Translations under genes and position numbers: made by a program
Part shown: positions 38,792 through 47,246 of the stretch, piece after piece
Layout of the letters: every line of letters starts with the position of its first letter
How positions within the stretch are numbered: the first letter of the stretch is position 1
Notes under the pieces: generated by a model
Databases searched by the model: none
Told to the model about the DNA's origin: nothing
Seen by the model: only the letters and a program-made list of their open reading frames with translations
Source: Alphaproteobacteria bacterium
GTDB taxonomy: Bacteria; Pseudomonadota; Alphaproteobacteria; JACZXZ01
Direction of reading: 5' to 3'
DNA length: 50,037 nucleotides
Assembly (NCBI GenBank): GCA_035625535.1
Contig: DASPPM010000004.1
Span: forward strand, 1-50,037

Positions 38792-41700
38792 CTATTCGGC
38801 CGCCTGCCGCGCCGCGATCAGGCGCATGATGACGGCGCGGAGGGCCGCGGGCTTGAGCGGCTTCTTGAGGAGTGGCAGCGCGAGCAACTGGGCACGGGCG
38901 GCGACCGCTTCCGAGCGGTCCGCGCTGATCAGGATGGCGGGAACCTCGGCACGGTAGTGGCGGCGCAATGTCATGATGCAGGCGATGCCGTCGTCCCCGT
39001 CGTCGAGATGGTAATCGACGATGAGGAGGTCCGGTGGGGCCGCACCCGGGGCGTCAAGCGCCAGCGCAGCACTGAGCCCGCTGGCGGAGCGCAGGCGATA
39101 CGACCACCCCTCGAGCAGCGCGGTGAGGCCGTCGAGCGCGCGCGGCTCGTTGTCGATGCAAAGCACGGCGAGGCGCTCGCCCGTCGGCATCGGCCGCGCC
39201 GGCTCGAAAACAGGCGAGAGTGCCAGCACGGGTGCGATGCCGCGCGGCACCGCGAGCGTGAAGACGGTGCCGCGGCCGGCCTCGGAGCGAAAGCTCACCG
39301 GATGGTCGAGGATGCGGCTGATGCGCTCCACGATCGAGAGGCCGAGGCCGAGGCCGTGCTCGGTGCCCGGGCCGCTGGCGAAGCGTTGGAACTCCTTGAA
39401 GACGAGGGGGTGCTTGTCCTCCGGGATGCCGCAGCCGGTATCCCACACCTGGATCAGGAGCGAGGCGCCGATGCGGCGGGCACCCATCAGCACCTTGCCG
39501 CGCGCGGTATAGCGAACGGCATTGGAAAGCAGATTCTGCAGCACGCGATGAAGAAGCTGCCGATCGCTCCTCACGGCGAGCGAGGTGGGCACGATGCGCA
39601 GGTCGAGCCTCTTTTTCTCCGCGAGGGGGGCGAACTCGAGCCTGAGTGCCGCGAACAGCTCGCCGAGAGCAAAGTCGCCCCACTCGGGCGTCATGCCACC
39701 CGCATCGAGCTTCGAGATGTCGAGCAGCATGCCGAGCAGCTCCTCGACCGAGCCGAGCGAGGCGTCGATCTTGCGCACGAGCTCGCCGTCCGGCAGGCTC
39801 AGGCTGCTTGCGCCGCGCGCGTGCCGCTCGACGAGACTCGAAACATAGAGCCGCGCGGCATTCAGAGGCTGGAGTAGGTCGTGGCTCGCCGCCGCGACGA
39901 AGCGGGTCTTGCCCAAGTCCGCCTCCTCGGCCGTGATCCTGGCGCGGTCGAGCTCGGCGTTGAGCGTCGTGAGCTCGGCCGTCCGCTCGCGCACGCGCTG
40001 CTCGAGATACTCGTTCGCCGCGGCGAGCTGGGCGGCGACGCGGACATGCTCGGTGATGTCGGAATAGGTGGTGACATAGCCGCCGCCCGGCATGGGGCTG
40101 CGGCGGACCTCGAGCACCGTGCCGTTGGGCCGGCGATATTCCAGCACCGGTTCGCCGTCGCCGAGAAAGAGCTCGAGCTGCCGCGCCACCAGATCGTCCG
40201 GGTTGCCGGGGCCGTACTCGCCGCGCTCGGCATTGAAGCGCATGATCTCCGGCAACGTTACGCCGACGGAGCCGAGGGCCGCTGGCAATTCGAGCAGGTC
40301 GCGGAATCGCCGGTTCCAGCACACGAGACGGAGCTCGCGGTCGAACACGCTGATGCCCTGGCGCACGTTCTCGAGCGTCGATTGCAAAAGGTCGCGATTA
40401 TACTGGATAGCCGCCGTCGCATCGTCGAGGAGCCCTATGGCGTCGTCGGCGCCCAGGTTGTGGCGCTCGAGCGTGAGGGCCATGACGAGGCGGGCCGAGG
40501 AGGCGCCGATGGCGCTCGCGAGCAGCCGCTCGGTGTGGCGGACGAGAGCGAAGTCCGCCTCGGCGTCATGCGCAAGAGGCGCCCCGCGCAGGGCCGCGAA
40601 ATCCTCGAAGGAGCGCTGGGCCCGCTCCGGCCCGAGATAGCTCGCGGCCACCATCGCCAGCTCCGAAATGCGGACCGAACCGTGCCATTGCCGCAGGCCC
40701 GGCTGAGCGGCGCCGGCATCGGCGTCCACGAAGGCGCTCGCCTGCAGCCGCTCGATCACCTTGGGCACGCTCAAGAGCGAGCACAGCGCATAGGCGGTCA
40801 CGTTGGCGAGCAGGCTCCAGAACACGCCGTGCGTCAGCGGATCGAAGCGCAGGCCGAAAAGCTGCTGCGGGCGCAGGAGCGAAATGCCGAACGGCCCGGA
40901 GGCGAGGAGCTCAGCCGAGAAGGCGCCCGACTGCATGAGCGTGGGCAGGAAAAGGGTATATGCCCAAACCGAAAAGCCCGCGAGGATGCCCGCGATCGCC
41001 CCCTTCTGCGTGGCGCCGCGCCAGATGAGGCCGCCGAGCAAGGCCGGGCCGAATTGCACCACCGCGGCGAAGCTCAAGAGGCCGATCGAGGCAAGCGCGT
41101 AGCTGTCGCCCAAGAGGCGATAGGTGCAATAGGCAAGCAGCATGAAGGCCACGATCGCGACGCGGCGGACCTGCAGAATGACCTTTCCCATGTCCTCGCG
41201 GTCCGAGAGGCCGAGCCGCCGGCGGTGCAGCACGATGGGCATGACCAGGTCGTTGCTCACCATGTTGCTGACCGCCACCGATTCGACGATGACCATGGCG
41301 GTGGCCGCGGAGAGGCCGCCGATGAAGGCGAAGAGTGCCAACGCCGACTGCCCGCCGGCCATCGGGAGGGCCAGCACGAACATATCGCCGTGGTCCGCCG
41401 AGGCACCGATGACGAGAAGGCCGGCCGCGGCGATCGGCACCACGAAGATGTTGATGGCCACGAGATAGAGCGGGAAGAGCCAGGCGGCCTTGCGCAGATC
41501 CCGCTCGTGCACGTTCTCCACCACCGCAACGTGGAACTGCCGCGGCAGGCAAAGGATCGCCGCCAGGGCCAATCCCGTCATGGTCACCCAGGTCGCGCCG
41601 TCGACCCCGCCGCCGAAGAGGCTGCTGAGTGCTGGTGCCGCGCGCACGCGGGCCAGGATATCGCTCCAGCCGCCGAACATGCCCCAGGTGACGAAGGCGC

Positions 41701-42343
41701 CCACCGAGATGAAGGCCACGAGCTTGACGAGCGATTCGAAGGCGATGGCCAGCATCATGCCTTCGTTGTGCTCGGTCGCGTTGATGTTCCGGGTGCCGAA
41801 GAGGATGGCGAACAGCGCGAGCACGAGGGACACGATGAGCGCCGTGTCGCTCCAGATCGCGTGGCCGCCCACATCCGCCGCCAGCGCGCTCAGCGGATGG
41901 CGCATCAGCACCGTGAAGCTGGTCGACACCGCCTTGAGCTGGAGCGCTATGTAGGGCAGCACGCCGATCACCGCGATCACGGTGACGATCGCCGCAAGCA
42001 ACTGGCTCTTGCCGTAGCGCGCGGCGATCAGATCGGCGATGGAGGTGATGTTGTGGCTTTTCGAGAGGCGCACGATCCGGCGCAAGAGCGGCAGGCCGAT
42101 GACGAACATCAGGATCGGGCCGAGATAGATCGGCAGGAAGTCGTAGCCGGTGCGCGACGCGAGACCGACGCTGCCGTAAAAGGTCCAGGAGGTGCAGTAG
42201 ACCGCGAGCGAGAGCGCATAGACGAGGGGCTTGCCCTGGCTCCGCCCGCGCGCCCGCGCCCTCCGGTCGCCGTAATAGGCAATGGCGAACAAGAGACCGA
42301 CATAGCCGAGCGACAAGGCCAGAACGGCCCAACCCGGAACCAT
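38792..42343 (-). CDS. crbS: hybrid sensor histidine kinase with N-terminal sodium:solute symporter (SLC5) domain, PAS, HisKA, HATPase_c and C-terminal REC; CrbS-type
   Basis: The N-terminal ~550 aa is a polytopic SSS-like domain (...YYGDRRA...VYCTSWTFYGSVG...SIADLIAARYGKS...). H-box FVAAASHDLLQPLNAARLY; N/G boxes LLSNAVRYT, DTGCGIP, GLGLGLSIV; REC LLIVDYHLDDG...LKKPLKP. Start MVPGW at 42343 after GGGGAGG. Confidence 0.85.
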   Translation of the reverse strand: MVPGWAVLALSLGYVGLLFAIAYYGDRRARARGRSQGKPLVYALSLAVYCTSWTFYGSVGLASRTGYDFLPIYLGPILMFVIGLPLLRRIVRLSKSHNITSIADLIAARYGKSQLLAAIVTVIAVIGVLPYIALQLKAVSTSFTVLMRHPLSALAADVGGHAIWSDTALIVSLVLALFAILFGTRNINATEHNEGMMLAIAFESLVKLVAFISVGAFVTWGMFGGWSDILARVRAAPALSSLFGGGVDGATWVTMTGLALAAILCLPRQFHVAVVENVHERDLRKAAWLFPLYLVAINIFVVPIAAAGLLVIGASADHGDMFVLALPMAGGQSALALFAFIGGLSAATAMVIVESVAVSNMVSNDLVMPIVLHRRRLGLSDREDMGKVILQVRRVAIVAFMLLAYCTYRLLGDSYALASIGLLSFAAVVQFGPALLGGLIWRGATQKGAIAGILAGFSVWAYTLFLPTLMQSGAFSAELLASGPFGISLLRPQQLFGLRFDPLTHGVFWSLLANVTAYALCSLLSVPKVIERLQASAFVDADAGAAQPGLRQWHGSVRISELAMVAASYLGPERAQRSFEDFAALRGAPLAHDAEADFALVRHTERLLASAIGASSARLVMALTLERHNLGADDAIGLLDDATAAIQYNRDLLQSTLENVRQGISVFDRELRLVCWNRRFRDLLELPAALGSVGVTLPEIMRFNAERGEYGPGNPDDLVARQLELFLGDGEPVLEYRRPNGTVLEVRRSPMPGGGYVTTYSDITEHVRVAAQLAAANEYLEQRVRERTAELTTLNAELDRARITAEEADLGKTRFVAAASHDLLQPLNAARLYVSSLVERHARGASSLSLPDGELVRKIDASLGSVEELLGMLLDISKLDAGGMTPEWGDFALGELFAALRLEFAPLAEKKRLDLRIVPTSLAVRSDRQLLHRVLQNLLSNAVRYTARGKVLMGARRIGASLLIQVWDTGCGIPEDKHPLVFKEFQRFASGPGTEHGLGLGLSIVERISRILDHPVSFRSEAGRGTVFTLAVPRGIAPVLALSPVFEPARPMPTGERLAVLCIDNEPRALDGLTALLEGWSYRLRSASGLSAALALDAPGAAPPDLLIVDYHLDDGDDGIACIMTLRRHYRAEVPAILISADRSEAVAARAQLLALPLLKKPLKPAALRAVIMRLIAARQAAE

Positions 42344-42545
42344 CGCCTCCCCACGGCAAGAAGTTTCTTCGTTGCCCCATGATACGCCGTTCGAAGCCGC
42401 CGGGGCTAGGCTCAAGAGGCTCAAGGGCGCTCGAGGCGGGTTCACTGAGGGCGGGCTCGGTCGAGCGAGGCGGGCGTCGCGGTTGCCCGGGGGCGGCGGC
42501 TAGGCTAAAACCCGCGCGCGTTTCCACACATCTCCGGAGCGAGGC

Positions 42546-44228
42546 ATGGCGGCCTACCAATACATCTACGTCATGAACGGCCTCAGCAAGGCCTTCCCGG
42601 GCGGCCGGCAGGTGCTCAAGGATATTCGCCTTTCGTTCTTTCCCGGCGCCAAGATCGGCGTGCTGGGCCCGAACGGCTCCGGCAAATCGACGTTGCTCCG
42701 CATCATGGCCGGCCTTGATGCCGACTTCGCGGGCGAGGCCTGGGCCGCCGAGGGGGTGAAGGTCGGCCTCTTGCCTCAGGAGCCGGTGCTCGACGCCGGG
42801 AAGGACGTGATGGGCAACGTGCTCGACGGGGTCGCCGAGAAGAGGGCGCTCCTCGAGCGCTTCGAGAGGGTGAGCGCGCGCTTCGCCGAGCCCCTCGAGG
42901 AGGCGGAGATGAATGCGCTCATCGCCGAGCAGGCGGAGCTCCAGGAGACGATCGACGCGGTCAACGGCTGGGAGCTGGAGCGCCAGGTCGAGATCGCCAT
43001 GGACGCGCTGCGCTGCCCGCCGGGGGGTGCTGCGGTCGCGACTCTCTCGGGCGGGGAGCGCCGCCGGGTGGCCCTCTGCCGGCTGCTGCTTCAGCATCCC
43101 GATCTCCTGCTCCTCGACGAGCCGACCAACCATCTCGATGCGGAGTCGGTCGCCTGGCTCGAGCGCTTTCTCTCCGAGTACGACGGCACCGTGGTCGCGG
43201 TCACCCATGACCGCTACTTCCTCGACAATACCGCCGGCTGGATCCTCGAGCTCGACCGCGGACGCGGCATCCCGTTCAAGGGCAATTACTCCTCCTGGCT
43301 CGAGCAGAAGCACAAGCGCCTCGAGCTCGAGGAGAAACAGGAAGCCTCCCGGCAGCGCGAGCTTGCCCGCGAGCTCGAGTGGATCCGCGAGTCGCCGCGC
43401 GCGCGTCAAGCCAAGAGCAAGGCGCGCATCAGCGCCTATGAGACGCTCCTCGCTGAGAGCCGCGATCGCTCGCCGGACCAGGCCCAGATCGTCATCCCGG
43501 CCGGTCCGCGGCTGGGCGACCTCGTGATCCAGGCCGAGCATCTCCGCAAGGCCTACGGCGAGCGGCTCCTGATCGAGGATCTGAGCTTTCGCCTGCCGGC
43601 CGGTGCGATCGTCGGCATCATCGGGCCCAACGGGGCCGGCAAGACGACGCTCTTCCGTATGATCACCGGCGAGGAAAAACCCGACGGTGGCGAGCTCCGC
43701 ATCGGCGAAACGGTCAAGCTCGGCTACGTCGGCCAATCGCGCGACTCGCTCCGCGCTGAGAAGACGGTGTGGGAGGAGATTTCGGACGGCCTCGATCAGC
43801 TCGAGCTCGGCAAGCACCGCATGCCGAGCCGGGCCTACGTCGCCGCCTTCAACTTCAAGGGCGCCGATCAGCAGAAGAAGGTGGGGCAGCTCTCGGGCGG
43901 CGAGCGCAATCGCGTGCATCTCGCCAAGATGCTCAAATCGGGCGCCAACCTGCTGCTTCTCGACGAGCCGAGCAACGACCTCGACGTCGACACCCTGAGG
44001 GCGCTCGAGGACGCGCTCGTCGCATTTGCCGGCTGCGTCATGGTGATCAGCCACGACCGCTGGTTCCTCGATCGCATCGCGACGCACATGATGGCGTTCG
44101 AGGGCGAGAGCCAAGTCGCCTGGTTCGAGGGGAACTACTCGGACTACGAGGCCGACCGCCGCCGCCGCCTCGGCGAGGCGGCCGAGCAGCCGCACCGCAT
44201 CAAGTATAAGCCGCTGGTGCGGGCCTAG
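42546..44228 (+). CDS. ettA: energy-dependent translational throttle protein, ABC-F family
   Basis: [56 protein letters not shown]... Two ABC cassettes ([11 protein letters not shown]; GPNGAGKTT; [11 protein letters not shown]). The length and N-terminus are those of EttA/YjjK. Confidence 0.9.
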   Translation: MAAYQYIYVMNGLSKAFPGGRQVLKDIRLSFFPGAKIGVLGPNGSGKSTLLRIMAGLDADFAGEAWAAEGVKVGLLPQEPVLDAGKDVMGNVLDGVAEKRALLERFERVSARFAEPLEEAEMNALIAEQAELQETIDAVNGWELERQVEIAMDALRCPPGGAAVATLSGGERRRVALCRLLLQHPDLLLLDEPTNHLDAESVAWLERFLSEYDGTVVAVTHDRYFLDNTAGWILELDRGRGIPFKGNYSSWLEQKHKRLELEEKQEASRQRELARELEWIRESPRARQAKSKARISAYETLLAESRDRSPDQAQIVIPAGPRLGDLVIQAEHLRKAYGERLLIEDLSFRLPAGAIVGIIGPNGAGKTTLFRMITGEEKPDGGELRIGETVKLGYVGQSRDSLRAEKTVWEEISDGLDQLELGKHRMPSRAYVAAFNFKGADQQKKVGQLSGGERNRVHLAKMLKSGANLLLLDEPSNDLDVDTLRALEDALVAFAGCVMVISHDRWFLDRIATHMMAFEGESQVAWFEGNYSDYEADRRRRLGEAAEQPHRIKYKPLVRA

Positions 44229-44254
44229 CGCGGAATCCATTTCGGTGGAAGCAG

Positions 44255-44345
44255 CCCCCTCACCCTACCCTCTCCCCCTTTGAGGGGGAGAGGGTTGCGC
44301 AGCCTTAGCGAGCGTAGCGAGCTTAGGCAAAGCTGGGTGAGGGGG
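44255..44345. repeat. nested palindromic REP-like element downstream of ettA
   Basis: Outer arms CCCCCTCACCC (44255-65) and GGGTGAGGGGG (44335-45). Inner 12-bp hairpin ACCCTCTCCCCC-tttga-GGGGGAGAGGGT (44267-95). Tandem TAGCGAGC x2 lies in between. Read directly. Confidence 0.65.
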
Positions 44346-44453
44346 CGATTCCGCTTCGTCGGATATTGCTCTAGATCCGCATGCCGGATGACGGATGTCA
44401 GCCGAAAATATCGGCATGCCCGCCGCGTGCAGCTTTCTCGTCGCCGGCACCGG

Positions 44454-44482
44454 TTGACTGCACAAGGGCGGTAAATTACGAT
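44454..44482 (+). promoter_or_regulatory. candidate sigma70-type promoter (TTGACT-N17-TACGAT) for the ino1 operon
   Basis: Hexamers at 44454-59 and 44477-82. This predicts a ~85-nt leader to the GTG at 44576. Pattern match only. Confidence 0.3.
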
Positions 44483-44575
44483 TTGATGACAAAGCCCGCG
44501 GCTCGCCGTTTCATTGCCGTGCTAACGCCTGCGCGCCTGAGCGGCGACCGAGGGGCGCATGGGGGATCTGATCCG

Positions 44576-45727
44576 GTGCACAACAAGATCAAGGTGGCGA
44601 TCGCTGGCGTCGGGAACTGCGCGTCGGCGCTGGTGCAGGGCGTCGAGTTCTACCGCAACCGCCAGGGTGCTGCGATGCACGGCATCATGCACCCCTCGAT
44701 TGGCGGCTACGGCTGCTCCGACATCGAGTTCGTCGCGGCGTTCGACGTCGACGCGCGCAAGGTCGGCCGCCCGCTCGAGGAGGCGATCTTCGCCAAGCCC
44801 AACTGCACCCTCATCTTTCAAAGCGCGCTCCCGGTTTCGAACGTGATCGTTCAAGCCGGCCCCGTGCTCGACGGGGTCGCCGCGCACATGGCCGATTATC
44901 CCGACGACGTGGCGTTCCGCTCGGCCGACCTCGAGCCGACCGATATCGCTGAGGCGCTGCGGGCCTCGAAAGCGGAGGTCTTGCTCTGTTATCTGCCGGT
45001 CGGCTCCGAGCAGGCCGCCAAGCATTACGCCCAGGCCTGCCTCGATGCCCGCGTCGCCATGGTCAACTGCATTCCCGTCTTCCTCGCCTCCGACCGCGAA
45101 TGGGCGCGGAGATTCCGCGACGCCGGTCTGCCCATCATCGGCGACGACATAAAGAGCCAAGTGGGCGCCACCATCGTACATCGCGCGCTCGCGCGGCTTT
45201 TCGCCGACCGCGGGGTCGGCGTCGAGCGCACCTACCAGCTCAACACGGGCGGCAACACCGATTTCCTCAACATGCTCGAGCGCAGCCGCCTGAAGTCGAA
45301 GAGGATCTCCAAGACCGAAGCCGTCCAATCGCAATTGGACGAGCAGCTCGAGGCCAAGAACATCCACATCGGCCCCTCCGACTATGTGCCGTGGCAGCGT
45401 GACAACAAGGTCTGCTTCATCCGCATGGAGGGCTACGGATTCGGCGAGGCGCCCATCGAATTGGAGCTGCGGCTCTCGGTCCAGGACTCCTCGAACAGCG
45501 CCGGCGTGGTGATCGATGCGATCCGCTGCGCGAAGCTCGCGCTCGAGCGCGGCGAGGCGGGCCCGCTCGAGGCGCCCTCGGCCTATTATATGAAGAGCCC
45601 GCCGCGCCAGCTCCGCGACAGCGTCGCGCGAGAGGCCTGCGATGCCTTCATCGACGGCCGTCCCTTCGATTTGCCCGAGGAGCCGCAGCACGGCGCGAGC
45701 GCCGCGGCCAGGGCCGATCGCGGCTAG
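44576..45727 (+). CDS. ino1: myo-inositol-1-phosphate synthase (inositol-3-phosphate synthase), bacterial/archaeal type
   Basis: KVAIAGVGNCASALVQGVEFY is the NAD-binding signature, as in actinobacterial Ino1. Also contains ...GDDIKSQVGATIVHR...QLNTGGNTDFLNMLE...SKRISKT... I prefer the GTG at 44576 (GGGGGA upstream); the in-frame ATG at 44486 is an alternative. Confidence 0.85.
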   Translation: MHNKIKVAIAGVGNCASALVQGVEFYRNRQGAAMHGIMHPSIGGYGCSDIEFVAAFDVDARKVGRPLEEAIFAKPNCTLIFQSALPVSNVIVQAGPVLDGVAAHMADYPDDVAFRSADLEPTDIAEALRASKAEVLLCYLPVGSEQAAKHYAQACLDARVAMVNCIPVFLASDREWARRFRDAGLPIIGDDIKSQVGATIVHRALARLFADRGVGVERTYQLNTGGNTDFLNMLERSRLKSKRISKTEAVQSQLDEQLEAKNIHIGPSDYVPWQRDNKVCFIRMEGYGFGEAPIELELRLSVQDSSNSAGVVIDAIRCAKLALERGEAGPLEAPSAYYMKSPPRQLRDSVAREACDAFIDGRPFDLPEEPQHGASAAARADRG

Positions 45728-45796
45728 TATCGACTTTCGCGCGTTCGTCAGTCGCCTTCCGGCGAGCCGCGAACCGCGCCTGCGGGTGCTTCGTCG

Positions 45797-46576
45797 ATGA
45801 CACAGCCGATCGAGACCCTGCTTTTCGATTTTGGCGGCACGCTCGACGCCGACGGGCTCTCGTGGCAGGCGCGTTTTCATGCCCATTATCGGGCGGAGGG
45901 ACTGGAGATGGCGGCCGAGAGCTTCGCGCCTGCTTTCTACGCCGCCGATGATGCGCTCATCGGAGTGCTCGCGCCCGATTGCGACCTCGGCGAGACGATC
46001 GAGCGCCTGGCCGGCAATCTCGAGGCCGAGCTCGCCCGCCGTGGCGGCGGCAGCGGCAGAGCCGGCGCCGATTGCGCGCGCGGCCGGCGCGTAGCGTCGC
46101 ACTTCCTTGCCGAGGCCCGGGCGGCCTTGGCGCGCAACCGGGCGCTGCTCGAAACGCTCAAGGCGCGCTTCCGCCTGGGCATCGTCTCGAATTTTTACGG
46201 CAATCTCGAAGCGGTGTGTCAAGGCGCCGGCTTGGCGGGTTTTTTCGATGTCATTGTCGACAGCCATCGGGTAGGCGCGCGCAAGCCCGACCCGGCGATT
46301 TTTCGCGCAGCCCTCGCCCCGCTCGGCGCCAAGCCCGAGACGACGCTCATGATCGGCGATTCCTTGCGCCGCGACGGCGAGGGCGCACGGCGCATGGGCA
46401 TGGGCTTCGTCTGGATTGCACCCAGCACTGCGCCCACGTCGACGCTGCGGGCCGGTGAGGCCGAGCTTTGCCAGTCGAGGGTGGCGCAGCTCTCAGATCT
46501 AGCGGAGGTCTTGCATGACCGGCACGTCCGGCCGGCCGATCCAGCGCGGCGGCATCATCGCCGCCGGCGAGGGTAG
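45797..46576 (+). CDS. HAD-superfamily hydrolase (subfamily IA-like) with non-canonical motif I
   Basis: Motif I LLFDFGGTLD (D-x-G instead of D-x-D), motif II IVSN, motif III RKPDPAIF, motif IV GDSLRRDGEGA. Confidence 0.75.
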   Translation: MTQPIETLLFDFGGTLDADGLSWQARFHAHYRAEGLEMAAESFAPAFYAADDALIGVLAPDCDLGETIERLAGNLEAELARRGGGSGRAGADCARGRRVASHFLAEARAALARNRALLETLKARFRLGIVSNFYGNLEAVCQGAGLAGFFDVIVDSHRVGARKPDPAIFRAALAPLGAKPETTLMIGDSLRRDGEGARRMGMGFVWIAPSTAPTSTLRAGEAELCQSRVAQLSDLAEVLHDRHVRPADPARRHHRRRRG

Positions 46577-47246
46577 CCGGCTCAGCGCCGACGGCTATCG
46601 CGGCAGCAAAGCGATGGTGCCGGTGGCCGGCCGTCCGCTGATCGGCCATGCGCTCGCGCGATTTCGCGCCATCGGCATCCGCCGGCTGACGGTCATCGTC
46701 AACGACGCGAGCGAGGATTGCCAGGAATGGCTCAGGCGCCACGGCGGCGATTTCGAGCTCGACCTCATCGTGCGCACGACACCCTCCTCCTACGCGAGCT
46801 TTCGTCTCGTCGCCGAGCGTCTCTTGGGGGACCCGGCACTGATCACGACCGTCGACGGTATCATGCCTACGGACGATTTCAGCGCCTTCGCGAAGGCCGC
46901 CGCCGGCTTCCCTGAGGACGCCTTCGTGCTCGGCTTGACCGCCCACGTCGACGATGAAAAACCCCTGTGGGCGACGCTCGATACGGCCGACGGCCGCATC
47001 CGGCGACTCGGCGGCGAGAGCGGCAGCCATGCGACGGCCGGCCTCTACGTGCTGCCCGCGGCACGGCCGGGCGAGCCCGCCCGCGGCTTCGCGCGCCTGC
47101 GCGACTATCTCGCGTGGCTGGTGGCCGAAGGCCATCCGGTCTACGGTGTCGTCTTGCCGAGGGTCTTCGACATCGACCGCGCCAGCGACATCAGGGCGGC
47201 GGAGCGGGCGGCGGCCGGCGGGGAGACCAGGGGCGAGGCTCCATGA
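46515..47246 (+). CDS. nucleotidyltransferase (NTP_transferase family; sugar/alcohol-phosphate nucleotidylyltransferase-like)
   Basis: N-terminal signature GGIIAAGEGSRL...KAMVPVAGRPLIGHAL. GGAGG lies 7 nt upstream of the ATG at 46515. It overlaps the HAD gene by 62 nt. Confidence 0.75.
   Translation: MTGTSGRPIQRGGIIAAGEGSRLSADGYRGSKAMVPVAGRPLIGHALARFRAIGIRRLTVIVNDASEDCQEWLRRHGGDFELDLIVRTTPSSYASFRLVAERLLGDPALITTVDGIMPTDDFSAFAKAAAGFPEDAFVLGLTAHVDDEKPLWATLDTADGRIRRLGGESGSHATAGLYVLPAARPGEPARGFARLRDYLAWLVAEGHPVYGVVLPRVFDIDRASDIRAAERAAAGGETRGEAP

Noticed and set aside
39881-42382. 833-aa plus-strand ORF
   Set aside because: Antisense to crbS. Low-complexity R/A/G/E-rich translation with no recognisable domain.
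40911-44240. 1109-aa ORF on the minus strand, the longest in the track after crbS
   Set aside because: It runs antisense to ettA and, out of frame, over the crbS 5' part. The translation is Arg/Ala/Gly/Leu-rich with no motifs. This is a typical high-GC shadow ORF, and both overlapped genes have unmistakable family signatures.
44392-44401. CGGATGTCAG upstream of ino1 also occurs (reverse complement) at the end of the rpoD-tRNA palindrome (7829-7839)
   Set aside because: A single 10-11-mer coincidence found post hoc. The surrounding sequences are not alignable, so this is insufficient to claim a repeat family.
44265-44492. 75-aa minus-strand ORF ending ...AQPSPPQRGRG
   Set aside because: Its C-terminus is simply the translation of the REP-like palindrome. 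It lies in the ettA/ino1 intergenic region and overlaps the putative ino1 promoter.
44522-46267. 581-aa minus-strand ORF; likewise 48067..49491 (-) and 46347..47135 (-)
   Set aside because: Antisense shadows of ino1/HAD, the aminotransferase and the nucleotidyltransferase, with no motifs.
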